From the human T2T-CHM13v2.0 reference genome, Homo sapiens, in assembly GCF_009914755.1 (NCBI RefSeq), contig NC_060934.1: 64,000 nt of DNA. The stretch is one strand, 5' to 3'. A program made the position numbers and the translations under genes. Below are positions 14,031 through 28,231 of this stretch, piece after piece. How positions within the stretch are numbered: the first letter of the stretch is position 1; every line of letters begins with the position of its first letter. Under the pieces are notes generated by a model. That model did no database searches and had not been told where the DNA came from. It saw nothing but the letters and a program-made list of their open reading frames with translations.

Positions 14031-15175
14031 CTAAAAAGAAAAGACACCACTGAATGGCTGATTTTGAATAACCACACTGCTAATCTACTTTTAATATCAT
14101 AAATTCGCACTTTCTTTATATTCCATTACTATAAGAGGGTAAACAAACAATCCAAAGAAAACAATCTGACCTTCATCACCTCAAAAATGCAAATATATAC
14201 ACACATACATATAATAAAAATATTAGCTTGAGGAATTGAAAATAACACTATTTTAGAAAAATGGGTTGTCAATTTGTTCCAAAAACAAACTGTGTTCCAC
14301 AGGCACATTAACATGTGTCTCACATCAAAGATATCTAATAATAATGTGAGTATAGTCATTTCCTCTGAAGTGCTCTAAGAACTTTCAAATGCAAAGGAGC
14401 TTTTCAAATAGTTCCATAATTGTGGTCTCTTTTTTTTTTTTTTTGCCTTAATCTCAGTTCACACTGGCTGACTTTTCCTCTTGAGCACTTCCAGAAGGAA
14501 CTCAGAAATCAGTCTGTATTGACATGCATACGTAGCATGTGGGGACATTCTTGACTTTTATTAGGTATGAGCAGAAAACTCTGAAGGCACATTTACTTAG
14601 GACCCAGAGAAGGCTAGAGGAACAGCTGACACATGAAGACTAACTTAAAAAATAAATAAAAGAATGACAGACTCTAAAACATGCATCCTAAGGGAAACTG
14701 CTGTATTCTGGAGTATTTATTCCCTATGGTTTTAAGACTGAGGTCAAGAACAATTATGCCTTCCTAAAGTTTTTCTTTATTAATACTGTGAAACAGAGTG
14801 AATTTGTTTATTATCTGTGCTACAACGATATCACTGAGTAATCAGCTAATGTGAGATTACACTGCCTTTTCTGATACTGTGCCTCTTAGCTATGTAATGT
14901 GGTGGCATTCTCAAGTTAATGGGGACGGAGCCCCACTCTACAAATTACCAGTTTACATTTGACATTAGAATTCTTTTTACTGAAACACCACTGTAATGCT
15001 AAAAATGTAAAAAACTGAGGCTGAAAAGTTCTTTGAGACTTTGGGAAGCTCCAAGAAAAAAGAGCACTTCCAGAAAGATATGTTAAAAATTGCATTTGAA
15101 TTTGAAAGTCTATATATTTTTAAATTAAAGACAAACTTGGAAGAATCAATCATATACCCCCTAAAATCAACTTAC

Positions 15176-15289
15176 TTAATTTAACAAGTGCATTTCTCTT
15201 CTCACCATGCTCAATATAACCAAAATTAACTTCCCAACTCTTTAAGCCTTCTTTTTTATCACAATATTTATTTCCACAGAAAAATTGAC
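15176..15289 (-). CDS. FRA10AC1: FRA10AC1 exon 9 (114 nt: GQFFCGNKYCDKKEGLKSWEVNFGYIEHGEKRNALVKL)
   Basis: tgcag|GT ... TTAA|gtaagt; contains a CxxxxC pair. Confidence 0.97.
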
Positions 15290-17335
15290 CTGCAGAAAGG
15301 AAAGGAATATTAGCTATGGTAGTTGGTGATAATATTTATCTATATGATCTAGTATTACCCCTAAAATGTACTTCTAAAATATGCAAATTAACCATAGTCA
15401 GCCTTTAAAAACTGACCAGAGTAATATGTTCAACCAACTTGTATACAAGTATCAAATCAAAGTACTGTTACCAAAAAAATCAGTCACAGAATTCTTGCTT
15501 GATAGACTGTATTTAGATAGACATTTTAGCGACTCCCTATTAGGGAATCTTACACTTTGGAAAGACAGTATTAAAGAATGGACATATTTCTCAGAAAGTT
15601 GGTTTAAGGAAAAACAAATAAAAAAACAAAAACAAAAAAAACAACATACTCACAAATACCCCCCCAAAAAAAAAACGCACTTTCCAAAGTACACACACTT
15701 ATAGCTGGGTGAAACCTTTCAATATTTAATGGTAATAATAGTTAATAGTTTTAAGTATTAGCATAATGACATTTATTTTAAATACTAGCATAGATGGCCT
15801 TGAAAACACCTTTAAAAATTCTAGCACTTTGAGGTGAAGTACAATACGCAGTCAAACCTGATACTCTAAATTTTAGAATAACTTGACACTATTATTAACA
15901 TCACACACATTACCATGTCCACAATATATTAAAACCTCCAAAAAAAGACTAACTGATAACCTGAGAGAAAAAAAGAGAAACAACTCAACAGTAATTTACT
16001 TTGGCAAAAAGACAAGATCAAACTCTTATTAATTTATATCACAATAATTTGCACTAACAGAAGCAAATCTGTAACCAGCAAATCTTTTTCATAAAAATTA
16101 AGAAATTATCAAAATGAATTTAGAAAATTATATCCTAAAAAGACTTATTTCTAAATCAGCCTTTTAAACTCATTCCAAATGAATATTTTATTAAATCTAT
16201 ATGTTTAGTAGGTAAGGCTTTGTTGTTAAAACAGCAACAAAATTATAACTTTATAAAAGAAATCACATAAATCACATTAGCAGCTTTCTTTCCCTTTCCT
16301 AACTAGTCTTTTATTCAGTTATATGAATTTAGAGACTACCCATCAATTTTTTTAAAAGGTAGCATTATAAACTCACCTGAAAATCTCATTCAATAAAAGT
16401 ACATCTTAAAATTGTGATAGACATTTCAGGATTTCTCATTATTTTAGATAAAAACATAAACTAAAATATAACCCTAAGAAAAGTTAAAATAGCTTTAAAT
16501 TTATTCTTTTTCCTTAATGTTGTTTTATGGCATATGCAATTTCACACCTAACATAGCCAACTTATGGAAGATATATATGAGCCACAATGATAGCATAAAT
16601 ATTTAATCATTTAAAAATGTAATCTTTCCATTTAAAAGGTTTTTTAAAGTAAGTTTAAAATTATTTCCTTAGTGCTACTATATAGTTTTCAGTACTTTAA
16701 CACTTAAAATGCAATTACTCAGTAAGGAGCTAATTTTATAGCAAGAGACAGTATGGAGATACACAATTTCCAGGAAAAATTTAATGAATAGATTTACAAT
16801 AATGCATAGAAAAAGCATTTACTGATTGCCTACCAAATGTCTGGTCTTTTGCTATTAGACTAAGTATTTGGGCTCAATATAAGGGACTTCCAAAAATGAG
16901 TACTAGCCTGCCCCAAAATTCTATTGGGATTAAAGTGATATTTAACTTCTACTTTTGAAATGTGGATTTGGCTGAAAAACAGTAATACCAATTCATTATT
17001 CCAAAAATTAATAAAGAAAGGAAAAAAATAAACCTTTCTTTTTTGTTGAAAGTTGTCTTGCTATGAAATCTTTAATTTGTAAAATATTTTCTACATACTT
17101 AGAAATATGCAGAACATTCAACTGAATGTTCTAAAGGCAAAAGTATAAAGGTAATAATCATTAAAGCATTATATTCAGACCTTTGCTAATAATGTATCAT
17201 GAATACACCTTCTCTAATTTTACTTTTGTAGCTAATAATTTCTTGTATATGTTAGGAATGATCTTAATGACTCCAATTCAGTAACTTAACAAAATAAGTT
17301 TATCCTATTAAAAAGTAAAAATTTTAAAGAATTAC

Positions 17336-17381
17336 CTTTTCCTGAAATTACTTCTTTTTCTACTCGCCACCTAAATCCAAA
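17336..17381 (-). CDS. FRA10AC1: FRA10AC1 exon 8 (46 nt: FGFRWRVEKEVISGK)
   Basis: atcag|TTT ... AAAG|gtaatt; frame is continuous. Confidence 0.96.
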
Positions 17382-17689
17382 CTGATAATAAAAAAATTAC
17401 ATTTATGCCAATGTAAATTTAAATTATACAGAAATCTAAACATGGAGCCAACAATGACATTCACCAACCTAAAAAATAAATGTAATTCCCATCATGACAG
17501 ATTTTTCTCTTCTTATAGGATTTGAAGAAAATACATTGAACAATCACCAATTTATCTGTTAAGAACAATCTACTTTAAGATAGCTTAAAAGTTATAGGTG
17601 CCAGGCCACAAGATACCTAAGTTAACAAATAATATATCCTGTTCTGTAAGAGTGACAAGAAAAAAAGAGGTTATGGTATAGTAAAGAGG

Positions 17690-17915
17690 TAGTATATTCT
17701 AGTACAAAAAAGTACAGCCTTTGGAGTCAGATTATTTACATTTGCATTTTAGCTCTACCACTTAACAGTTGTATAGTACTGGGCAAATTAATCTCTTTTT
17801 TGCCTCAGCTTCCTCATATATGTAAAGTAGAAATATGAGTACCTACTTCCTTGGTACTGAGGTTTAAAGAGGTTTAAATGAGATAATACATATGAAACAC
17901 TTAGAATAGTAACTA
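17690..17915 (+). mobile_element. MIR SINE
   Basis: ctttggagtcaga...gggcaaatt...gcctcagcttcctcat...ttaaatgagataataca. Confidence 0.7.
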
Positions 17916-17919
17916 GTAT

Positions 17920-18605
17920 ACTCCAACAATCATGCTTCTTGGTATTTACTCAAATAAGCTGAAAACTAATGTCCACATGAAAACCTAAATATAGATGTTT
18001 ACAGCAACTTTATTTCTAATTGCTGAAACTTGGAAGCAACCAAGATGTTCTTCATTAAGTGAATGGATAAACAACTGTGGTACATCCAGACAATTAATAT
18101 TATTCAGTGGTAAGAAGAAATATCAAACCATGAAGACATGGAGAAACTTAAGTACATATTACAAAGTGAAAAAACCCAATCTGAAAAGACTACATATATA
18201 TGATTTCAACTGTATGATATTCCAGAAAAGGCAAAACTATGGAGGAAGTAGCAAGATCAGTAGTTGCCAGGGATTAGGAAGGAGGGTGGGATGAACAGGT
18301 GGAGCACAGAGGATTTTTAGGGCAGTGCAAGTATTCTCTATGGTACTATAATGGTAGACACACGTCATTACACATTTGTCAAAGCAGTTGAATGTACAAT
18401 ACCAAGAGTGAACCCTAATGTAAGCTATGGACTTCAAATAATGATGTATCAACGTAGGTTCACTGATTGTAACAAATGTACCCCTCTGGTGTGGGATGCT
18501 GACAGTAGGGGATGTTATGCATGTATGAGAGCAGGGGGTATATGGGAATTCTGTGCTTTCTGCTCAATTTTGTTGTAAACCTAAAAATGCTCTAAAAATT
18601 AAAAG
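17920..18605 (+). mobile_element. L1MC-type LINE 3' end
   Basis: gtgaaccctaatgtaagctatggact...aacaaatgtacc...gtaaacctaaaa 3' UTR signature. Confidence 0.8.
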
Positions 18606-18619
18606 CAAACAAAAAATAC

Positions 18620-18772
18620 ACTTGGGAAGATTACTTGAACCTGGGAGGTGGAGGCTGCAGTGAGCCATGATCATGCCACTGCATTCCATCCACCCTGGGC
18701 AACTGAACAAGAGCCTGTCTCAAAACAAACAAACAAAAACTACAACAACAAAAAATAACAACAAATAAAAAA
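18620..18772 (+). mobile_element. Alu right-arm fragment with (CAAA)/(CAA) tail
   Basis: ttgaacctgggaggtggaggctgcagtgagcc... Confidence 0.8.
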
Positions 18773-18988
18773 CCACTCCAGTCTAGAAACATGCATACCT
18801 GTACCCAACTCAAGAAGCTCTTGTCACTCATTAGGTCTTAACCTTGGGAAAGTTACTTAACTTCTCTACTTCCTCTTCATGTATAAAAATGGAAATAGTA
18901 ACAACCTTAAGTTCACCGGATTGTTATAGTAAGACAGAGGATTCATATAAAGTGTTCAATGCCTTGCTAACTTCAGTTTGTTGTGGGG

Positions 18989-19184
18989 TTTTTTTTTTTT
19001 TTTTCAGCCTTCCGAATAGCTAGGACTTCAGGCATGTGCTACCCTGCCTGGCTAATTTTATTTTTTATAGAGACAAGGTCTCACTATATTGCCTAGGCTG
19101 GTTTTGAACTCCTGGCCTCAAGCTATCCTCCCACCTCAGCCTCCCAAAGTACTGGGATTACAGGCAAGAGCCACCGTGCCTGGC
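18989..19184 (-). mobile_element. Partial AluJ
   Basis: Reverse Alu with much of the right arm deleted. Confidence 0.82.
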
Positions 19185-21119
19185 AATTTCAATTATTTTT
19201 TTTAAAAAATCATTAATCTATTACTTGAATTTGGCAATTTTGTATTTTAAATGCAAATAAAGGCTCAAAATATTTCAAAATACTCTGATTAAAACCCAAC
19301 AAAAATAAAATCCTCCAAATCTAGGGGAAAAAATAAAATTTCAGGATAACTCTGTTTAATTCTATTTTTCAGCCTATATATGTATGTGGAGATTGCTTGC
19401 CATCCAACATATGTTAGGATGTCTACTGAAGCACAGCCAAGTGTAACAGCAATAGTTTCCAAACTTTCTTCTTCATTCATTAATCTATTCAACAGACAAC
19501 TTATTAAGCAACTACCTATTGGGCTTGGCATTCCACTGAGGATAAAAAGTGATTATTAAAATAGTGTGTCACCAAGATTATAATCTTATGAGGAAATAAT
19601 AAATGTAACAAAACAAATTACATTATATCCTACTAGTTAAAGACTGTATATTATTTCCTGACATCAATGTCCTAGTTTGGATTAAAGCTGAAGTTATTCA
19701 GGATTTGGTGCTGAGCCTCCTTTTCTTCTCACTCTGCACTCATCACAATGAGGTCACGTACGCAAGCAGTAAACAAGAAGGATTCTGACTTTATGACCAT
19801 CGACTTGAACTTTTATGTATAAGAAAAATAAACTTTCCAGCTCATTTAAGCCAGTGGTTTTTTTCGGGGAGTCTTCTCTGTCCTTGCAGCTGGACCTAAT
19901 CCTAACTGATACATTGATCCAACTAAAAAGGGGAAATGCAATAAAGAAAGGAATAGGAGTAAGAGGCAAAGGTGGAAATTCACTAAAAATGCTCTAAAAG
20001 TATCTACTATATATATTAGGAGCTGGTTTTAATTAACTGAATAATACATTGTCTTTGTATAAATAAAGAGAAGAGAAAATGCATCCTAGTGAGGGAACCA
20101 AAGGCATTACTCTTTCTCCAACACCTCAAACATGGTATGCCAAAACCAAACTCATTATCTTCCCCCCACAAAAAAAATCCTCCTCCAAATTCTGTATTTT
20201 TCTCAGCATCCATGGTCAGAATCTGCGAGTCATATCGGATTTCTTGCTGCATTTACTCTCATGTACAATCACTCATCATGTTCTAGCAGGAAAATACACA
20301 TTTTTTCAAGATTATTTTCTTTAAAGTACGATTTCTAGTGGTATCCATTTTTGAAAAATTGAGAACTCAAATATTTAATTTTTATTTATGTATATTTTCT
20401 CCCCTCAACTAGACTAGCTTTTTCTGAAAAGTAGTCACCATGTATTAACCCACAGTACCTAGTCCAGTTTCAATAGATACTGACAACAACAACAAAATAC
20501 TGAAGAATTATGATGGTATTAGGAGGTGGGGAAAAATAAATGAAAAAAAGAAAAAAAACAACAACTTAAGAACAATCCATGAATAAGCCAGGGCTGAAAA
20601 ATCTCCTTTGTTACATGCTCCTAGAAAGACATAATTTTCACACTTGATTTACAATACAGTAACTTTAAGTAACTCCAATTACTGTGGTGCTTTTTGAACC
20701 AGATGTGGTACAGAGAAGACAGCTGTGAACCAGAGTCCATAACTAGTTCATAAGAAACAGCAGTTCTGGGGATAAATTAAGTGCACGGGTTTATAAATAG
20801 GGTATACAAAATGAACATTATTACTATTTTCTATAAGAAACTGTGAAGCAACACACATATTAAAGGCACTACTGAAAAAATTATTAAATCAACCCTGGTT
20901 CTAATGAGATCAAATGATTTAAATGACAAATAAATCTTCATGATAGATAAATACAAGATAGCTTTTTAAATAGGTTTTTTTCTTAATACAAATATACAGT
21001 ATCTATAACACATATTTATGCAACATTCCCTCCTCTCACATTTCTAACTGAGATCTGCTCCTGGGTCACCTTTTCCAGCTATAATTTGATGTTTGAGATA
21101 GAAATAAAAGTAACTTTCT

Positions 21120-21460
<341 letters not shown>

Positions 21461-21934
21461 TAATTAGCACTGATTGAAATGTTAATTTTACTAGAATAGA
21501 CATTTATGTAATAGAAGATGTGCATCTGGATCTCTATAAATGGTAATCAATTTTTAAAATCTATCAGTTTCAAACATCATCTGTGAAATAAGACATTATT
21601 CTGTAGAGTTAAGTCATTCATTACAATCACTAGAGGCTCTAGACTAGAGTCAGGATGAAACAGGATCCAATACCCACTTGCGTTTAATTTTAGACTTTTC
21701 ATGCCTCAGCTCACAAACAAAAAAAAGCATCCTTGTCCTTCATAAATTTCCATAGGCCTTTTGTAAACTCCACAGCTGCAGAGGTTAAATGGTCCAAATG
21801 ACACATCATAAACGCAGGACAACTGAGTCTAGAATTAGCATCTTTAAAAGAATAATGTGGGGCATGACAGTATAATAAAAGTTAATATTTTACTTGAATA
21901 AGAACCTCTTTCCATAAATATGTGGAAAGCATAC

Positions 21935-22019
21935 CTTATTTTCTTTATATTTACTGAGATCTGCTATGCAGTATTCCTTAAATAATTTATCATAGTATTT
22001 CTTAGCAAGTCTCTTCTCC
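21935..22019 (-). CDS. FRA10AC1: FRA10AC1 exon 7 (85 nt: EKRLAKKYYDKLFKEYCIADLSKYKENK)
   Basis: tctag|G ... AAG|gtatgc; contains the KYYDKLFKEY motif. Confidence 0.97.
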
Positions 22020-22571
22020 CTAGACCCATGAAAATATAAATATTATACATTTAGAAACTCAACCATGGTTTGCTACTTTCAAGTGATGTCAAAGAATACA
22101 TACTACATAAATATTAATGTTTTAAGAGAACTATTACTTACATGTGCATGGAATATCTGGATATTAACTATTAAAAGTGGTTCACTCAGGGAGGGAAATT
22201 GGAGAACTGACAGTCACAAATAAGAAGGAGAATCACTCTTCACTGTTTACCCTTTGTAATGTTTGGATTTAAAAAAACATTTTCAGGTATGACTTTTTTC
22301 CAAAACAGCAGCATATAATAACATATTACAAGATAACACACAATACTGTAAAAAAGAATGTTATTTTTTTGAAGACTAAGTCAAACAATGAGAAGTCAGT
22401 TAAAACTGCCAAAAATTACCAAAAGAACCAAATAATCCTAGGCTTGATTTTATGTCCTTGATTCAGAACTGTTCTATGAAGGGGCTGAACACCTTGACTA
22501 AAAAACCACTCAGAAAACAGGAGAAACAGGACTAAAGCATTTGATGCATTACGCCTCTGATGGCTAATTAC

Positions 22572-22655
22572 CAAGTCATGTCCATTTCGTCCTCCTCATT
22601 CCATAGGAATCTATGATTTTCTCGTATAACATCCAAGTCTGTCTTGTCATTTTCC
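22572..22655 (-). CDS. FRA10AC1: FRA10AC1 exon 6 (84 nt: ENDKTDLDVIRENHRFLWNEEDEMDMT)
   Basis: tccag|G ... TG|gtaatt; part of the conserved Fra10Ac1 domain. Confidence 0.97.
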
Positions 22656-23317
22656 CTGGAAAACAGAACTTTTTCAATTTAATACAAAAACAAAAGTAGT
22701 CAAATTTAGGTTAAATAGCTCTGTGAGTTTTGGAAAATTTTATTAAAAATATAATACATGAAGATAGTTTTTTGGTGAGTATAAATTTGTTCACATATTT
22801 ATAAAAATATTTCAGTATTTTCAAAAGGCACTTATAAAAATACTACTACAGAAGCAAGTTAAATGGATAAGGAATCTGTCTGTAGCATTGGTTTCAATTA
22901 TACAAATGGTGCTAAGTTACCAAAGCTAGAATGAGAAACCTGACTAAACACTAAATGAATAAAGTGAATGAAAATAAGTTTCATTCTAACCAACCACTCT
23001 GCTGAGATTTAATTTTAAAAAATATGAAAAGTTTTCCGTATCTCATTTTACTAGTTTCCTAGGTAGAAGACTGAGTAAAGGAGGAAGAAAGCCAAAGGGA
23101 TTGACCTTTCAAAATAAAATGCTAACAGTCTGGGGGTAAAAAAAAAAAGGAAAAAAAAAAGTGATTGTTGGGAGATATAGGATAAATTGATAGGGGAGAT
23201 AAATTGGGGGTAAATGAGGTGGTACTAAATTTTCTCAGAGTCCTACCAACTCAGAAAATTGTTAGAGGGAAAAAAAAAACCTCACATAAAACTAAGAAGT
23301 TCTAAGACACACACACA

Positions 23318-23426
23318 CTATAGCAGCACAATTCGCAATTGCAAAGCTATGGAACCGACCAAAGTGCCCATCAACCAATGAGTGGATAAAGAAAATGTGG
23401 TGTGTGTATATATATATATATATACC

Positions 23427-23458
<32 letters not shown>

Positions 23459-23600
23459 ATACACCATATATATATACACACCATATATATATACACACCA
23501 TATATATACACACCATATATATATACACACCATATATATACACACCATATATATATACCATATATATATACACCATATATATATACCATATATATATACA

Positions 23601-23633
<33 letters not shown>

Positions 23634-24030
23634 ATATATATATACACACACCATTTATATATACCATGGAATACTACTCAGCCATAGAAAGGAATGAAAT
23701 GATGTCTTTTTGCAGCAACTTGGATGGAGCTGGAGGCCATTATTCTAAGTGAAGTAACTCAGGAATGGAAAATCAAATATCATATGTTCTCATTTATATG
23801 TGGGAGCTAAGCTATGAGGATGCAAAGGCAAAAGACTGATATAATGGACTTTAGGGACTCAATGTGGGGGAAGGCCAGAAGGGAGGTGAGGGATAAAAGA
23901 CTACATTTTAGGTATAGCATACAGTGCTTGGGTGATGGGTGCACTAAAATCTCAGAAATCACCACTAAAGAACTTATCCAGGCAACCAAAAACCACCTGT
24001 ACCTCAAAAACTATTGAAATAAAAATAAAA
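23318..24030 (+). mobile_element. L1PB 3' end containing an expanded TA-rich array
   Basis: tatagcagcacaattcgcaattgcaaa...aaatctcagaaatcaccactaaagaacttatcc; A-rich tail. Confidence 0.85.
23397..23665. repeat. Compound (TA)n / CACCA(TA)n low-complexity tandem array
   Basis: Read directly; it produces the spurious Y/I-rich ORFs in all six frames. Confidence 0.95.
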
Positions 24031-24374
24031 ATTTAAAAAAACAAAAACAAAACAAAACAAAAAACAAGTTCTGATAGAAGAGCCTTAAACATGGGAAGGA
24101 CTTTGATGTGCAAGAAATGCTAGACTGAGAGTTCTTGTTTACCTATCTTTTAAAAAGCAATCCCAAACATCAAGGTATAAAAATTTCCTTATTTCAAAGA
24201 TCTTTGCCAAGAAGACACATGAGTATTCTTCAGATATTCTTTTATCACCAGGGTTGTGCCCGGCTCAGCAGGTAAAGAGTCTACCTGAGGCCTGTCCAAA
24301 AAAATGGGATTCATGAAGAGCTACTCAGGAGCTGTGGATGGTATCTCTACCTTATAATATAAAAAAGAAACTGG

Positions 24375-24768
<394 letters not shown>

Positions 24769-24792
24769 CTATGTAAACTTCCTGATACTTAC

Positions 24793-24869
24793 CCCAAACG
24801 CTTGAAGTCTTCTTTTTTGCCACCATAGTATAAAATATAGTCATTTACGAACTTTCTATGTCTTTGATA
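24793..24869 (-). CDS. FRA10AC1: FRA10AC1 exon 5 (77 nt: YQRHRKFVNDYILYYGGKKEDFKRL)
   Basis: tttcag|TAT ... GG|gtaagt; frame is continuous. Confidence 0.97.
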
Positions 24870-25775
24870 CTGAAATGCAAAAAATTAAGGATTTTATTCT
24901 CTTAGGAGCTGTTTGGTGTCATAATATATTGCTGATTGGTGGTAAAAAAAGCACAATATGAGTCTATTTAGCTTTTTAAAAATATTCACACACTATACAT
25001 GCTTACACATTCAGAAAATCTAGAAGGGTATATATTAAATTGTTGAAAGTGAAGATTGTAAAGTACAGGCTTTCTTTTGACTATTTTTCAAGCATATACT
25101 ACTCTTGTGATAAAAATATATCTCCATCTGGGGAGAAATAGAGCTTCTTATTCTATTGCTGAACTGCATATAGCCTCCTACCACCACTCATTCTAATAAT
25201 CACAATATGAAAAATTTAAAAATTATAGTTTCTAAAAGTAGAGAATTTATCTTTCATTATCATAAAATATAATTTATCTATTTTAGTAATGATAAAGCCT
25301 CTAAATAGAAGATGCAACTTTTATAATTATATTTATAATTTATAATTAAATCCCAACATTAAACTTTCAAAAAAGCAAATATAAAAAATCAATTTTTATA
25401 GTCTTTTAAATTCAAAGAATAAAATGCCATGTTTTTTCAAAGCATTGTAACAAAATATATGAGCATTTTACTTTTTGTTTTAAAAAGCTCAACAGCACTC
25501 TCTCTAGAGCCAAACATGCACATAATAGCTAACCTCACCTTCTACAATATTCTCTGTGACTATTAAACATGTATAGTGATTTAACTGATCATAATGTGTA
25601 CTAATAGACAATTTAATCAGATTATGGTATTTCCATATTGTAACAAACCAGTTAATATTTCAGGAAAAAAAAAAAAGAGAGAGACAGAAAAACCAAATAC
25701 CTGGAGATCTGGATTCTAGCTCTTGATCTACCACTAACTGGTCACATGACCATGGCAAGTCATGTAACCTATTAG

Positions 25776-25962
25776 AGCTGGGGTCAGCAAACATTTTCTG
25801 CAAACGGCCAGATGGTAAATATTTCAGGCTTTGCAAGCCATATGGTCTCTGTTGCAAATGCTCAGTTCTGCCATTTTAGCATGAAAGCAGCCAAAGACAA
25901 CATATAAATGAAGCATGGCTGTATTCCAATATAATTTTATGTACAAGAACAGGTGGTGGGTG
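25776..25962. mobile_element. MER58A-like hAT DNA transposon
   Basis: ggggtcagcaaacattttctg...ggccagatggtaaatatttcaggctttgc. Confidence 0.75.
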
Positions 25963-26348
25963 TAACTTTTGCTTCCGGGAAGATGGAGTAGGCAAAGATG
26001 TACTTCTCCCTATTCCTCATACTAATAACAACTAAAATCCTTATACATTATATATCAAACATAAAAAGACTCTAAAAGGTGGAAGGAAGAAGGCGCCCCG
26101 CTAGGGACCTCCTGAAGACCTATGGTATGACATGATAGCGAGTTCCCTAGGTTTTCTTTTTGTCTCATGTATCCTAGAATTGGAGGTAAAGAAGGTGACA
26201 ACCTGGAAACACCAACAGGCACGGACTAAAAAATCGTCAACAAAAGCTGTTCTCTCTAACCAAATGACCAAGAGTCAGCCTAGCAAGACAACTTTGAGAC
26301 AATAACTACTCTACTCTTGTCAAACAACACAGAGAAAACTGTGGCTCC

Positions 26349-27066
26349 CAGTCAGAATCGCAATTATTAAAAAGTCAGGAAACAACAGATGCTAGCAAGG
26401 CTGTGGAGAAATACGAACACTTTTACACTGTTGGTGGGAATGTAAAATGGTTCAACCATTATTGAAGACAATGTGGCAATTCCTCAAGGACCTAGAACCA
26501 GAAATAACATCTGATCCAGCAATCCCATTACTGGGTATATACCAAAAGGAATATAAATCATTCTATTATAAAGATACATGCACATGTATGTTTATTGCAG
26601 CACTATTCACAATAGCAAAGACATGGAACCAATCCAAATGTCCATCAATGATAGACCAGATAAAGAAAATGTGGTACATATACACCATGGAATACTATGC
26701 AACCACAAAAAGGAATGAGATCATGTCCTTTGCAGGGACATGGATGAAGCTGGAAGCCACCATCCTCAGCAAACTAACACAGGAACAGAAAACCAAACAC
26801 CACATGTTGTCACCCATAAATGGGAGCTGAACAATGAGAACACATGGACACAGGGAGGGGAACATCACACACTGGAGCCGGTGGGCGGGGAAGGGTGAGG
26901 GTGATGGGTTGATAGGTGCAGCAAACCACCATGGCACATGTATACCCTATGTAACAATCCTGCACGTTCTGCACATGTATCCCAGAATTTAAAGTAATAA
27001 AATAAAATAAAGAAAAATAAAATAAAATAAATCCTCACACACAAAACAAAAAACAAACAAACAAAA
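26349..27066 (+). mobile_element. 5'-truncated L1PA (ORF2 C-terminus plus 3' UTR) inserted in an older L1M 5' fragment
   Basis: ORF 26447-26830 is the L1 ORF2 C-terminus (DPAIPLLGIY...MFIAALFTIAKTWNQ); TSD aaaactgtggctcc at 26335-26348 and 27067-27080. Confidence 0.92.
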
Positions 27067-28066
27067 AAAACTGTGGCTCCAACTCCTCCTATGCCAGAAA
27101 AAAGAGTACCCATACTTTCACTCTCACCAGGCTATAACTAGGTGCCCCCAATGCAGTAGGTGTCAGAGAAGGCAGAGCAAATGTTTAAATGCTAAAGGAA
27201 CAAATGGCAGATGAGATCCATGGAAAAGCTAGCTATTGGGTTAGGAGATAAGAAGAATAAATCAATTAGTGACACAATGGTACTTCTATAACTTAAAAGA
27301 AAAATATTGGAATAGCACAGTGAAACAGATGATTACAGGTAGGGGGCGTATCAAATTGACACTGTCTCCTTCTCCCAATTCTGATCACAGCAATAAATAC
27401 CCAAAAATACTTCAGTTTTTGCTTGGTATCTCTTAAATTCTCCAATATTCTCAACAGCAGTATGGATGGCCAGCGTAGCAGTTAGTGTCATCAGCCAGTC
27501 TTATTAAGAAACTGAGTTGACAAATGGCTATAACCAGGAAGCAGGGTTTATCTTAAAGATAGCTTTAAGTCATGCCTAAAAATTAAAGCCATGGCAGGCC
27601 TGAGGACAGTCCACAGGCAGGCCTCATTTTATTTTTATTTTTTCCTTAGATCCAGGGACAGACTGGATAGACCTAATTTTAAATACAAGTTTTATAGAGA
27701 CCTTAAATAGCAAAGAACCAGGTAGGAAGAGAATAAATTAAAATGAGACTAAAGATAAGTATAGGAAAAGGAAATGTTGAAAGCTTGAAAAAACAATTTG
27801 GAAAATATATTTGCAGATTCATGTACTTTATAAACCTATTTATAGAGTACTAGTAATATGTTTTATTATTTTTGTCTCTAAATCTTTCCTATATATTAGT
27901 AAAAGAGAATTGTACCCAAAAGTATAAATGGCAAAATCCTACATCACTAAATACTTATCTTTAAAAATAAAAAAGCCTATTTGACTTCACAAGATTTTAT
28001 AAAACAAAAAAGCAGATTTTAAAATATTCTACTAGTTATAAAAATCTGGAAATAAAAAAAGGATAC

Positions 28067-28112
28067 AGCATCCATAGCTATGAGATGAAACCTTCTATTT
28101 CTTGCTTCTTCC
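28067..28112 (-). CDS. FRA10AC1: FRA10AC1 exon 4 (46 nt: EEARNRRFHLIAMDA)
   Basis: aacag|G ... GCT|gtatcctttt (U12-type donor); frame is continuous. Confidence 0.96.
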
Positions 28113-28231
28113 CTGTTAAAACAAATTTTTTTAAGAAAATTCAAAATGTTTATATTCAAATTAACATAATCAAATCCCCTAATCCGAAGCAACTTAAACC
28201 AAGAAATAGAATTGACACTGAAATACCATAC

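Larger units (their letters stand above)
24870..28066 (-). other. U12-type (minor spliceosome) GT-AG intron 4 of FRA10AC1
   Basis: 5' splice site GTATCCTTTT; branch-point-like TCCTTAAT about 15 nt upstream of the AG. Confidence 0.88.

Noticed and set aside
23292-23752. Six overlapping 98-120 aa Y/I/H-rich ORFs
   Set aside because: Artefact of the stop-free TA-rich tandem array inside L1PB.
26447-26830. 127-aa ORF
   Set aside because: C-terminal remnant of L1 ORF2 in a 5'-truncated L1PA.
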